DNA from: Entomortierella parvispora E1425
Lineage: Eukaryota; Fungi; Mortierellomycota
Direction: 5' to 3'
Length of the DNA stretch: 64,000 nt
Assembly (NCBI GenBank): GCA_020891255.1
Contig: BQFW01000012.1
Coordinates: 124,001-188,000, forward strand
Shown piece by piece: positions 1 to 11,900 of the stretch. Both the position numbers and the translations under genes were made by a program. The notes beneath the pieces were generated by a model, which was not told the origin of the DNA, did not search any database, and saw only the letters and a program-made list of their open reading frames with translations. Each line of letters begins with the position of its first letter. Position 1 is the first letter of the stretch.

Positions 1-2081
1 CGGGTGGAAGGATGCGATTCCGGCTGTGGTTCTAGAGTGGGGTGAGAGCAGGATAGCACAAAAGATGCGAGATTGGTTAGAACCAAACGATCGAAGAGGC
101 GCCAAAGGGGAAAGAGGGGATGGAGAAGAGCCTCAATGAGGTTGCAGGTGGTCGGAAGAGGGCCGAGTCGGAGAATCAGGCCCGGGCTAGATCACGATGA
201 TGCGATCCTGACTCGCCACTGGCTGTTGACCACACCATGTTGACGTTGACGCACGAGGATGGAGAGACCGACTGACACAGAGCGAACGCGAGAACAGCCG
301 AGATGAGCAACGCAAGGTCAAGAAGGACCACAAAGTCAAAGATGCGGTCCTAGGGACCACCCCCCCTCGTTCCCCTCCTCTTTTCTTTTTGCTCTTTTCA
401 TGTCTGGGCATGTACCGAAGACTGGGCATCAACGAGGAACTCGAGGGGGGAGGATGGACAAGCAGAAAAAGGCAGAGAAAGAGAAAGAGAGTCGAGTGGG
501 GCTGTCTTGTCTGCCATTTCCGGTCAGGGGGAAGACAAACGGAGACGAAACTCGTTCTTGCGTCTGTCGCAGGAGGAGCGCTCTCTGCGGAAACAGAGTG
601 GGGGCAGGGGCAGGGGCAGGGGCAGAGTCGAGCAAGATACCCGATCGAAAGCGTAGAGGTAGAGAGGGAGAGAGATTGAGAAAGGTAGGCTCCCAGGTAT
701 CCCACAGCTGCAGCAGCCACAGCGATGCAGCCTTGGCAGCCACGGGAGGATGATTAAGCCGAGGCAAAGGGGACCTCGTACGGAGCCATCTTGTCATCTC
801 CTTCAGCCAAGAGCAAGGGGTTGGTCAACCCAGTGGTTTCTGAGAGCCGTTTGATCGAAGAACCTCCTCGTCGTCGCCACGACCGCCACTGCCACCACCA
901 CCATCACTGCCACCACCCAGTTCCTGACATGCACACAGACACGCACGCACGCACGCACGCTCAGGCACAGAACAATGGAAACAGGGTACGTCTGAGGTGC
1001 GTAATATGAATCGAAAAAAGGAGTCAGGGGACGCAGGGGAGGAAGAAGGGCGTTTGGATGACTGATTGTGAAGAAATGCAGGGCCACTATGCCCAAACAA
1101 GGTACGAACGAACGACGGACATGACAGATAATAGATGGATAGACACTCTCAAACAAGGCACCAGCGCGCCACAAGGGCCTACAGGGTTGAATGGACCCAC
1201 GTCAGGTCCACGAAACAACGGTCATCTCTCTTTGACCAAGTACTGGCAACAAGAGCGACTTTACGACTGATGCCTGTTACTGCAGACACACATAAGTACG
1301 CACACTCGGCGGACAAAAGGTCAAGCGCGTAGAGAGCTTGTCGCCATCAGAGTCGATGGCGCAAAGCAGAAAAGAGCAGGGTACGATAACGAACAAAGAG
1401 TGAAGAAAGGGAGGCTGTACCTTTGCTGCAGACGAAGGCGTTTGTCGGGCGGAAGAGGAAGACCCAGCAGTGGCAGGCGCAGCCAGTGTTTTCGGGAGAG
1501 GGGTTGCAAAGAAGAAAAAAGTGGGGTCTTGCCAGAGGGATGGATGGATGAAGAGGCGATGGAGGGAGAGTAAGGATGTGAGTTTGATTCGATGGATGGA
1601 TGGATGGATGGATGGATGGATGGAAGGGATGGGAAGGGATGAATGAAGAGGCGACAGACAGGGGGGGGATGGTGGCAAAGGGCAAAGGAATAAGGGAATA
1701 AGGGAATGAGAAAAGAGGATGAGGAAAGAGAAAAAGAGGAAAAGAGAACCCCACACAAAGACGACGACAGCGACTCGAAGAGACCGAGACCACGACCCGG
1801 GGGGGGAGTGGGGGGAGAACCCAGTCCGATTGTGGATCCTCTCCAGTCCAGACCAGAGCTGTCACCTCACTCTCTGCAGTCAGGTCCGTCCTGTCAGCCA
1901 GCCCTCCCAGTCGAGTCGAGTCGGGCCGAGAAAAGAGGAAGAAGAAAAAAAAAAGAGCGGCGAAGTAGGTACAGTGCAGGGAAGAGAGTGGATGATGACG
2001 GAGATTCAGTTCGTCAGTGACTGGTTCGTGGGTCTGTTCTGTCATCATCAGCATCATCATCATCTGTTGCTTTTGTGTGTG

Positions 2082-2112
<31 letters not shown>

Positions 2113-2457
2113 GAATATGATAGGGTTCATTCATTTTGGATTTCATTTGATCAGTTGTCTCTTTATTCCCGTGCGATTGGATGGAGGATGGAGAGGGTGT
2201 GATTCTGGATCCGTTGCAGACCCTCCTCTATCCTATCCAGGGTTGCCCTCCTCTATCCCTCCCTGGTCTCTCTCTTTCACCCTCTCCGATGTGTTCAGTT
2301 GACACCTCTGGCGGATCAGTGATCCAGCTCGCCTTGTTGTGTGCACAGCCCGGGTGACCTCTCCAGTCTCGCCCCATCGTCATCGTCGTTTGTTTGTTTG
2401 TTTGTTTGTTTGTTTGACTTTTTCTTATTCTCTCTTTCTCGTTCTCTCTTTCTCTCG

Positions 2458-2496
<39 letters not shown>

Positions 2497-3755
2497 CATC
2501 CAGGTCGCAGATCATCTCTCCTTTCCTTCTGTGCTTCCTAGCGGAAAGTTCTCTGATCGCCGCTTGCTGCAGGAGACAGATTCTGAAAAGTTTCTTTTTT
2601 TTATTTTTTATCTTTTATTTTTTATTTTTATTTTTTTCGGATCCTGGATCACTTTTTGACGATCCCCCCACCCCACGCCCCTTTTGTACCTTGCATGTTT
2701 CATTGGGTGGATGGACGCTTTTCTCACAGTCGCAGAAACAACGGACGCTGTGGGACGTTGGTCTTTGTTTCCGTGATGATGCCGATTCACCAGGGACCAG
2801 GCAAAAGACTCCCTTCTTCTTTTCTTCTTGCACTTAATCTTTGATCCAGGACAGAGAACGGGTGCCTTGCTACTTTGCTACCTCTTGCTTGATCTCAAGA
2901 CCACCCAGTCAGTGATCCAGTCAAGTGTCCACGGCCAAGGATGGACCTTTTGACCACAAATAAAGACTCTTGCCTTGCGCATGTGTCGATCGCTCAAAAT
3001 AAAATCAAATTCCAGGCAATAGATATCTGAGTCTAGCAAAGGCAGACTAAATGGATACAAGTCGGTTGCAATGATGAGCCACTGTTCTCATGTGGAAACC
3101 GTCAACTGCGTGGTGTGCGTGGAATGAGGGCTCCAGTGACAAGAAGGTCGAATTTGTCAACCATCACAGGCAAATCCTAGATCAGGCAGGGTAGAGCCGC
3201 CACATATCAGAAGACGGGATTTTCGGGACTCCATGGCCCAGTCGCGACTGTCAAGATCAGGAAGCAAGGTGTATCCTTTACCTGTAATAGAGCCACAGAG
3301 CCATTCCAACTATCGCCCACTCCGTGCAAAGAAGTGCTCCCCTTTTCCACTTGTCGTGGCGTAGAACCTTTTTTAAGATAAAAAACCAAGTCCTCTTTTT
3401 TGTTTAGATCTATCTGGCATCCTGCATTCGTTGTGACATGCACCGGAAAGTGTCGGGTCTTTTCTATGAACATCTCGAGTCAGACTCTGTAATCTATATA
3501 AGACACATTCTTGATTCATCCTAATCCTAGTTATGATCCTTTGACCATCACATACCAATTTGACCTTGCCAATATTACCATATTAAAAAAAGGTTCCTTC
3601 CAGTTTCGCAACTCCTTCTGATGTAGACCTACTTGCACTGTCTGCAGCTCTTTTTTTTCTTTTTAGGAGCAGAAAACTTCAAGCCCATCTGTCATTTCCC
3701 CACCCAACGTTTATTGTCCCGCCGCATTCATCTCTCCGAACCATTATTCGCCACT

Positions 3756-4221
3756 ATGGTAAGCGACAAGAGATTTCACTCATCGGCAGATATTTCTTTC
3801 TTTTTTCTTTAACGCATTCCTTTTTGCTCTGTCTGACAACCAGCCTTTTCAGAATCATATCAGCAAAAACTCTGTTGTATTCTTGGTTTTGTGCACTCCT
3901 TTCATGTTCGTTTCCCTGTTCACCACTATCAAGGGTCAATTCACTGGTTCCGATACCAGTATCCTCTCGCGAAACCTCAGCCCATTCCTCGTGAACTGCG
4001 TCTTGAGCTCGAATGGCGCCTACGAGAAGTTTTATACTTGCGTTCAGGAAGGTGTGAGCGAGGACGACAAGGCCCATGCCCGTTGGGACGGGTGTCAAGC
4101 AACTTGTGTGATAACAGCCGAAAGGTGTTGCGCGGCTGGCGGCTTTAATCTTCATAACTGTGAAAAGGGCAAATCGCTTTGTTATAGCGAGTATCTCAGT
4201 TGTGTTGTTGAATGTCATTGA
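3756..4221 (+). CDS. Small secreted cysteine-rich protein (124 aa; join 3756-3758, 3853-4221)
   Basis: ATG is followed directly by a GTAAGC donor, and the acceptor TTTTCAG at 3852 is in frame with ORF 3883..4221. The N-terminus MNHISKNSVVFLVLCTPFMFVSLFTTIKG looks like a signal peptide, and the mature part has 10 Cys (CQATC, RCC, CVVEC). Confidence 0.75.
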
Positions 4222-5509
4222 GGTGCTTGACTGTGAATGTTGTGTGATCCATCTTCGCAAACAGAGCCAACATCATTCATAACGTACCTGTTAGAAAAAA
4301 CGAGTGTTTCCATCCATTGTAGAATAGTTTTCGTAATACGATTAAAGAGTAGCAACTCGAGAAGAGAATGGCCTGGCGGGAGAGTGTGTCAGCCCAATGG
4401 ACAGTGTCATAATCTGCGGACCATCCGACTTTCCTCAAAAGGTCAACTCAACAAATATGGAACAGAAGGGGTCAGAGCCATGGTTCAAAAGTGCAAAGAC
4501 GCTTGCGAATCCGCGTATACACCCAACCTTCAATTGCGATCACTCACCCAGCTGTCAAACACCCCGAGGGTCGCGACGCGACGCCCGTGCTTTGCGTTCC
4601 ATTGTTCCCGCCGTCGTGTTCCAGGGATGTTCTTTCCGCGCAACGGGACTTTTTCGTTCCTTCCTCTTTTGACAATCCGCCTTGGTTGAACCCCGTTGGT
4701 GTGATCCTGACTTTGGTCCTGGTACCATCACTTGCAGAGGGCATCTCACTTTTGCGAATCTGAAAAGAGGCTGAAGTACTTCTCTGAATTTTGCCTAGGA
4801 TTTATAACATGCACCGCTAGCTCCAGCTTCGTCCAACGCGACACTCTCTACGCGTCGGGGTCCCTTGACCCGGTGCACACCTGTATCAGGTGGCCATTGA
4901 CTTACGCTTGGAATGCCGGCAAGTTCGCGGGGATAACCCTTTTCTAGTAAGATTGTCAGATCGTCAGTCAGTCAGCCAAAAAAAAGATAGCGAGCTTATG
5001 GTCAATCTGTCCAGGAATGAGGACACCATACGGAGGCTGAATCTCTTGGCAGCCTTTACTGTCGATCCAATACCAAAGCAAAAGCGGCATGGCAACAGAG
5101 GCTAAAAAATAAAAAATAAAAAAAAGACATTCATCCTACATCACACCCTGGAAGGACAGAAAAGGTTATCATGACTGAAAGATTGAAAGAGGTCTTTATT
5201 CTGGACGTCTACAAGCCTGTCGGAGAGAAAGAGATGGACCATCGCCCTTTACTTTTGGGAGACGTTTGGATATGGTCCCCAGACCGGAGGAGGACCCATG
5301 ACAACCAGAGGGAGTAACTGGAAAAACAAATAGGAGAGAAATAAATAAGAACAAAACAAAAAAGTCCTTGATGTAAAAAAACATCATTGGGGACTATGGA
5401 AGCAAAACCCCAAGCAAACTTATGATGGCCCATAAAAGCTCTTTTTTTTTTTTTTTTTTTTTTTTTGAAGTGACATTTTTTTGCAGATCGTGAACATCCC
5501 AATGCCAGG

Positions 5510-6454
5510 CTAGCAACTTACAGGTGCAGTAGGCACTGGCTGTGCTGGCGCTTTACGCTTGCGGCGTTTGCGCCTGGGAGCCGAAGAGATGTCGTTGTTA
5601 CCTTGTTCAAGGGTTTCTTTTTTTTCAAGGTCATACTCTTGCGTGTTGTTGTTGTTGTTGCCACCGCGCCCACGATATCCACGATATCCACGAGGGTAGC
5701 GAGAAGAAAAGGTGCCCACAGCACCAGGGGAAGACGACTTTTTATCGGGAGTGTGCATTCTTTTACGAGAAGCGACTGTCCCATCGCCGTTTGAAGAATC
5801 CCCACAACAACAACGACGGCAATCGTCACAATGGGCCGCCTTGGCAAAGGGACCCGGGATGAGTTCGAGGCAATTCAAGAATTGCGAGATGGATGAAAAC
5901 CCATTCCGAACAGAGTAGCCGAGCTGCATCCCAAAGAGGACCAGATGCACCATCTGGTCTTGGAATGCTTGGCTCAAGTAACCGAGGACGCGAAGCTCGT
6001 CGTCCTGGATACAATAGATCTGCAAGATCTCACGGTATCGTAATACAAAATCACGAAAAGTTTCATTTGCTTGAAGATGCACCTGTTCCAAGTTCTCAAT
6101 GTCTTTCCTATGTTCATACCAATGCATGGTGTGCGAGATAAAGAGTTCTTCAATGCGGTCCCAAGAAGCGCCCGGCTCCTTCTCCAGGTCCTTTGACAGG
6201 ACGAACTCGATGTTGATGTCCAGGATGGCCATCAGGAGCAAACGGTAGCCCTCGGGTTCAAAGTGGGATCCAAGGGCTGCCTGGGCGTGTTTTTTGAAAT
6301 GATAGAAAAATTCTCGGGGGTGGGACATGATATTGTGATAGTCATCATTGTACGGTCCCTGGTACAGGTCTCCTCTTCTTTCTCGCGTCCTCAAGAACCG
6401 TGGGCACTCCTCTTGAATGCGGATCTCGCAATTGGAGGTGTCCAGTCCATACAT
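5510..6454 (-). CDS. Retrotransposon Gag (capsid)-like protein 1, stand-alone; probably has an extra 3' exon (5317-5249)
   Basis: Intact 314-aa ORF from ATG 6454. The segment SWDRIEELFISHT...LEQVHLQANETFRDFVLRYREIL fits the Retrotrans_gag/MHR pattern (W..L...F...L..L.Q...E....F..R). It is roughly half identical by eye to the neighbouring ORF over ~190 aa and has an RG-rich, Arg-rich tail. Confidence 0.75.
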   Translation of the reverse strand: MYGLDTSNCEIRIQEECPRFLRTRERRGDLYQGPYNDDYHNIMSHPREFFYHFKKHAQAALGSHFEPEGYRLLLMAILDINIEFVLSKDLEKEPGASWDRIEELFISHTMHWYEHRKDIENLEQVHLQANETFRDFVLRYREILQIYCIQDDELRVLGYLSQAFQDQMVHLVLFGMQLGYSVRNGFSSISQFLNCLELIPGPFAKAAHCDDCRRCCCGDSSNGDGTVASRKRMHTPDKKSSSPGAVGTFSSRYPRGYRGYRGRGGNNNNNTQEYDLEKKETLEQGNNDISSAPRRKRRKRKAPAQPVPTAPVSC

Positions 6455-7326
6455 TGTGGGGCGGTGATAGTGATGGTGAAAAGGAAGGAAAACGGCGTGT
6501 CTGAATTGGAAGGCCGAGATCTTGGGTCGTGGCGGGTAGATCGGGACGGAATGGATGTTGGGGACTGAAGATGGTTGTGTTCCTGAGATCAATGTGTGTG
6601 TGACTTTAGAATGTAAGGAAATGGGAAATCAATGGATGACGAGAGGAGATCCTTGACAAATCGTGGGGGAGTTGTGTGGTGCCAGGGGAGGCAGCACTGG
6701 CAAGGTGGAGAGGGAGAAGGATGGTGGTTTGTCGAAAAGAGAAAGGAGAACAGAGAAGCAGTAGACGGGATGGTCTGCGTGAGATCGTCGGTGGCTTATA
6801 TTCAGATCGTGCGGCCCAAAACATACGTCCCATGGTGGAGCCCAAAATACCAGGATCTATTACCTTGGAGACACAGAATAGTACATCATGCATGGTAAAG
6901 TGCAAGAGGGGGGAACAATGGACAAAACAGGCATCGATGATATGAACAGACAATAAAGTACTCATACTTCATAACAGCATGAGAAGAGACAGAGGGAGAG
7001 GGAGAGGAAGGGTAGGGTGTCACCATCACAAAGATGGGCTAGTTTTATTTTGGCTGCTTTCAAGTCTTCCAGAGTTAGGATATAGTAACCCATCCCTGTT
7101 GAGGAGACCAATGCAGTCGCGATCCTGGACTTGATGATAGTCCAAAGACAGTAATTGGAGAAAAAAGGAAACCAATATGAACAATAAAAAAAAAAGGGGG
7201 GCCAGAAAAGCCCAGCAACAGCAGATGCCACATCTTTCTTTGAGGAAGAAACATTTCAACGATCTGTCAAAAAACTCCCTTTGCAGCATCTGCGATGTCA
7301 TTCGAGTACATTGACTCGCTTATCAG

Positions 7327-8631
7327 TTAGTCACTACGGCCGCGGTTGCGGTTGCGGCGTCTTTTGCGCCTGTTAGTAGTCGTAGCAGCACTTTCGCTTT
7401 TACCTCTTTCGGCAGATTCAATGTTGTTACCTGGCGCGGGTGGTTCTTTTCCACCTCGACCTTCATTTTCAGGCACATTCTGGCTTCGTTGGCCACACTC
7501 AAAGCAAATTGGACGCCGTTCCGTGCCGTATTCGCAATGAGCCGTACCACCCCCTCTCTGCAGTACACGTTGGCAACGATGAGGAGGAAGAGTGGATGGG
7601 CAAGACGTTCGTAGAGCTCTCTTTTTCTCCTCTTTCGAGAAGCCCTCCCGTCTTTTTTTCAAATCCCTGTCACGGTCTTTACCGCGGTCCCCCTTGTCGT
7701 AAAAGGGACCAGGGATGCGTTCAAGGCAGTCCAAGAACTGTGCAATAGAGATGAATCCATCCCGCACCGGATACCCACGCTGCAGTCCAAAGACCACCAG
7801 GTACACCATTTGCTCCTCAAATGCCTCGTACAGGTACCCGAGCACACCACGGTCATGGTCCTCCACACGGTACATCTCCACGATCTCACGGTACCGCTCC
7901 ACAAACTGACGAAAACTCTCTTGGGTCTCGATCCTCAAACGACTCTTGGGCTCCAGATCCCGCCTATCCTTCACATGGTCGCCCCACGTCATGGTGGTCG
8001 AAATGAAAATCGCCTCCATCCGCTCCCACGACAATGCGCCCTGCTCCCGCCTCAGGCCTTCAGAGACGGCGTACTGAAGGTCGTCCTCGCGAATGGCCAG
8101 GACAAGCAAACGGGCGTGGCCGTCGGACGCAAACAAGTCTCCCAGAGCCTCTTGGGCGTGCTTTTTGAAATGATAAAAGAACTCGCGTGGATGGGTCCAT
8201 ATCTGGAGCCCCTTCTGGCCGCCCCCGGCAAGGGTCCGGCAGAACCGAGGACAATCCTCTCGAAGGCGGATGGTGCCATGCGCGGTCGAGAGGGAGGCTC
8301 GGCTGGCCTCGGTCACAGACTGGGCCGGAGGCAAGAAGGGGCTCTGGGCGTCCGTTGCAGGCGTAGTGGCGGCGATGGGCGAGAGGACGCAGGGCAAGAG
8401 GGAGCGGGGCGGAGGAATCGGATGGAGCATGGCGTCGGCCAAAGAATGGATAGGGTCTCCGGGTTTCATCTTGTCCTGGCACTTCAGAATAGAAAGAGAT
8501 GGGATGAGATATGATGGAAGAGCAGAAAGAGTCTTGTCGAACGCTGGAGAGTGGAGGCTGTCAGCAAAAGTGTTGGCGGTGGTGGTGGAGGTGGAGGTGG
8601 TGGTGGAGGTGGAGGAGAAGGAGAAGGACAT
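7327..8631 (-). CDS. Retrotransposon Gag (capsid)-like protein 2 with vestigial CCHC zinc knuckle
   Basis: Intact 434-aa ORF from ATG 8631, with a TATA-like CTATATA about 120 bp upstream. It contains SWERMEAIFIS...ETQESFRQFVERYREIV (Gag MHR-like), CFECGQRS and a basic C-terminus NRRKRRRNRNRGR. Confidence 0.75.
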   Translation of the reverse strand: MSFSFSSTSTTTSTSTTTANTFADSLHSPAFDKTLSALPSYLIPSLSILKCQDKMKPGDPIHSLADAMLHPIPPPRSLLPCVLSPIAATTPATDAQSPFLPPAQSVTEASRASLSTAHGTIRLREDCPRFCRTLAGGGQKGLQIWTHPREFFYHFKKHAQEALGDLFASDGHARLLVLAIREDDLQYAVSEGLRREQGALSWERMEAIFISTTMTWGDHVKDRRDLEPKSRLRIETQESFRQFVERYREIVEMYRVEDHDRGVLGYLYEAFEEQMVYLVVFGLQRGYPVRDGFISIAQFLDCLERIPGPFYDKGDRGKDRDRDLKKRREGFSKEEKKRALRTSCPSTLPPHRCQRVLQRGGGTAHCEYGTERRPICFECGQRSQNVPENEGRGGKEPPAPGNNIESAERGKSESAATTTNRRKRRRNRNRGRSD

Positions 8632-8925
8632 GGAAAATGGTGGGAATAGGGAAAAGAAAAGAGAACAGCAGAAAGGATTGATTTTCTTGGCCAGTTTTAT
8701 TCCTTTTTTTTCAGAGCTGGAACAAATGGGCTCTTTGGCTCGGGGTATATAGGCAGGTTTCATCAAGTGTGGTTCAGTGTCTGCATGGGCAGCGAGAACA
8801 TCAAGAGCTGAGCCGGTTCTTCATAAAGGTAATAATGTACAGGATATATGTTTATTTTTGGGGGAACGAAAAAAAAAGAGAATGATGTTGCAAACGCGAA
8901 AGAGTCAAAGAGTCAAGGATCGAAT

Positions 8926-11900
8926 CTACAACCAGCTATTCAGCTGGACTGGTGCCGCGCCCGCTATGGCCGCCGCTGCTGTCGAGGCCGCGCTGTTGGT
9001 CAGCAAAGACGAATTGGACGAAAAGGAAGCTGTGGTTGTCAAGGGCGCACCCCCTGCCACCGCCGCCGCTGCTACGGTGGCTGTCGTAGGTCCAGCCTCA
9101 CTTGCCTTGCAGTTGGCCCTTAGCGGCTCCTCAGTCGACAGAGGCGAAGCCATACCCGTGGACGATTTGGAAGGAAACATGGGGTCCATCGGAGATGGTT
9201 CACATGGATGCAAGAAAGGCACAAACACCTGCTGCGCTGGGTGGTACACATGCTCTACTGGCCCTTGTCCCTGTCCTTGCATGGCCAATTGCTGCTGTTG
9301 AACCAATTGCTGTTGCAACTGTTGCTGGTAGATGTGTTGCTGTTGCTTTTGCTGCTGTTGAAACAATAGTTGCTGCTGATGATGATGAGCCGCGTAGATC
9401 GAAGGTGGGTGAATATGCTCTGCAAGGGCAGAACTCATAGTATTGACCGCTGCAGAGGCCGCCGCCACCGCCGCTGCCGCACCTGCGGCCATGGCGGCCG
9501 CAATCGGACTTTGAGAACCGTGGGCCGCATGACCATCCGGGGAAAGAGAAGGAGGAGTAGAAGCAGTAGTGGAACAGCCGTTCAAAAAGGCTGGGACCGA
9601 AGCCGAAGACGTGATTGTACCCGACGAGTACGAGGCCATGGTTAAAGGCACAGACGTGAGCACCATGGGTCCGGGCCCGGGTCCTGGAAGACTATTGACA
9701 CTGCCGTTGTGGTAGCTGGCCGCAAGCGAGGACGATGAATTGGACTTGCCTAGGATGACAGGGGCACTCACCAAATGTTGGCCTGTAGAGGCGGTAGTGT
9801 TGGCCGGGGTGGAAGTCGAGGTGGTAGCGCAACCTGTTGTGGCAAAGGCTGATGCACAAGTCGGCATGGAAGGAAGCGTCAGGTTCGTTGTCGAGGCTGT
9901 CAAGGACGCGGTGGTGGAGGTGGTTGTGGTCGTCGAGGACGACTTGATGACGCCACCTCCAGCCTTTGAACTCTCCTCCTGCAGCGAGCCGCCACGAATC
10001 AATGCCAATCCTCGCAACGCAGCCGGTGACAACTCCACGTCTCGTTTTGGAACCAGTGTCGCTGCCTTCATCGGAGTCAAGGAGCCGTTCGCGTTGCTAC
10101 CAATAGGTGCTGACACATGGCCAGCAGAGACCATAGCCTCCACCGTAGAAGTGACCATGATTGCATCCGAAGGATCAAGTCCTTTGGTGACCATGGTTCC
10201 CTCTGGAGGAGGCACATATGCGTGTGTGCTCGCCACAGCGTCGCCAATGACACAGTAATGACGGACCATCTCCACCAGATCCCGCTGCATTAATGGCTTT
10301 GTCACGTATCGCTCCATGCCCGAGTTGAGGCAGGCCTTGCGGGCCGTTTCCTGAATATCAGCCGAAACTGCCACAACAGGCAATCGAGGCACAGGTCCCT
10401 TGACCTCTGCCGCATGCTCCTTCTCCAATGCTCTAATTTGCTGAGTTGCTTGAACACCATCGCCTATTGCAAAAAACAATATATTCATTAGTTTTTTTTT
10501 TTTCTTATTTCAGCATTGCCCCACCTGTCAAAACCAAAAATCAAATACTTACAGTTCGGCATATGATGATCAAAAAAGCCCAGCGTAAAGTACCCTCTCG
10601 GATGCGACTTGAACAAGGCCAACGCATCCACACCATCGTTCGCACACGAGATCACCAGCCCAAACATGGCCAGCTGCTTGGACAGCACCTTTTGCGCAAT
10701 CTCATTGTCCTCTGCCAACAGGATCCGCATGCCCGTGATCCGCGCCGCCTCCTCCCGCGACAATGAAATCTCGCTCGCTTCATCTGTCACCAACTTGGAC
10801 GAGGTTTTGCTGGGCTTGGGGGAATTGGATTTCAACCGTCCGCCTGTGCCACTGCCGCCGTTCGCCATGTTGGCAAGCGAAGGCGATTTGGATTTCCTCA
10901 AGAAACTCACAGGTGGTGTCAGCGCTGGCTGAGGGGATGCGGTAGGCGTCAGCTCCAAATGGCCATTTTCCTTTGGATCCTTGTCTCCCGTCTCCACATC
11001 CGCGGCCGCTAGCAACGAACTGGTCGATTTGGAAAGGGAGATGGCAACAGGTTGTGCGATTTCACGCTCCAGAACCGTGACTACCTCTCCTGTTCCTGCT
11101 CCTGCTCCTTCTCCTTTTCCACTTGCGGCTTTGCCCGATGACTCTGTCGCCCCACCCTGTTGAGTCTGACTAATGGTCGCCTGCTCCAAAGATCGGCTCA
11201 GGAATTGAGATCCACTGTCTTCCTTTTGAAGATCAGGTCGCGAAGGGACAGACTCTGTGGAAGAGGAGGCTCCGGGGTTTGAGGCCACCTCCTTTCCTAG
11301 AGCACCTTCCAAAGACGACAACATGGAGAGCGAAGGACTGCGGGTCATGCTGGTGGGTGAAAGCGTGGCCGAGGACGTGATCGAGTTGGTGGGTGAAGAA
11401 ATAGGAGATCCCAAGGCCGTCGCATTCGAAGCCGTTGGACTAGATGGCGCCACAGAAGGTGTTGCACCTGCTGCACTGGTTCCTGCTGCTGTTCCTGCTG
11501 CTGCTCCTGCAACATTGGTCGCCACTGAGCACTTTTTTGCAGAATCATCCAAAATCTCGACAAACGCCCGCAAAAGCTTCAAACGGCGAATGGGTTTCGA
11601 GATGCAGGTAATGCGGAGACTGTTGAGTTTTTCGGGACTCAGACCTGGAACTTCGCTGCCCATCAAGGTCCCGCCCACAGAAGGTCCCGAGGGTGAAGAG
11701 CCACTGTTTTCGACGCGGAGTGAGATTGATTGACTGAGCATCGGTCGTCTCTTGACGGCCAACGAGGAGGTTGAAGGGGGATGTTGAAGGGACTGGGCTC
11801 GTTTGATAATGTCGGTCGCTGGGGTATACAGGAGCACGAAATGGACATTGTTCAACTCGGGGCGCGCCTTCAACTCCAACAATGTCTCGTGTTGAGGATC

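Noticed and set aside
1-3700. Numerous short ORFs (e.g. 187..720, 429..797, 1277..1756, 1347..2063) and a hydrophobic stretch DRIFDFVVLLDLALLISAVLAF near 200-350 (-)
   Set aside because: These are driven by microsatellites and low-complexity sequence, have no recognisable domain, and I could not build a consistent exon chain. The region may include UTR or exons of a gene outside the window.
4370-4530. Cys-containing stretch (RVCQPNGQCHN...KCKDACESAY) resembling the neighbouring secreted peptide
   Set aside because: No start codon, signal peptide or convincing splice sites found.
5442-5466. Poly(A) run on the minus strand just after Gag-like 1 as a retrocopy tail
   Set aside because: Similar homopolymers occur in many introns across the window, and this one lies inside the predicted intron.
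4237-8780. Full LTR retrotransposon around the Gag-like ORFs
   Set aside because: No direct terminal repeats, PBS/PPT or protease/RT/integrase motifs were seen in the flanking or intervening sequence.
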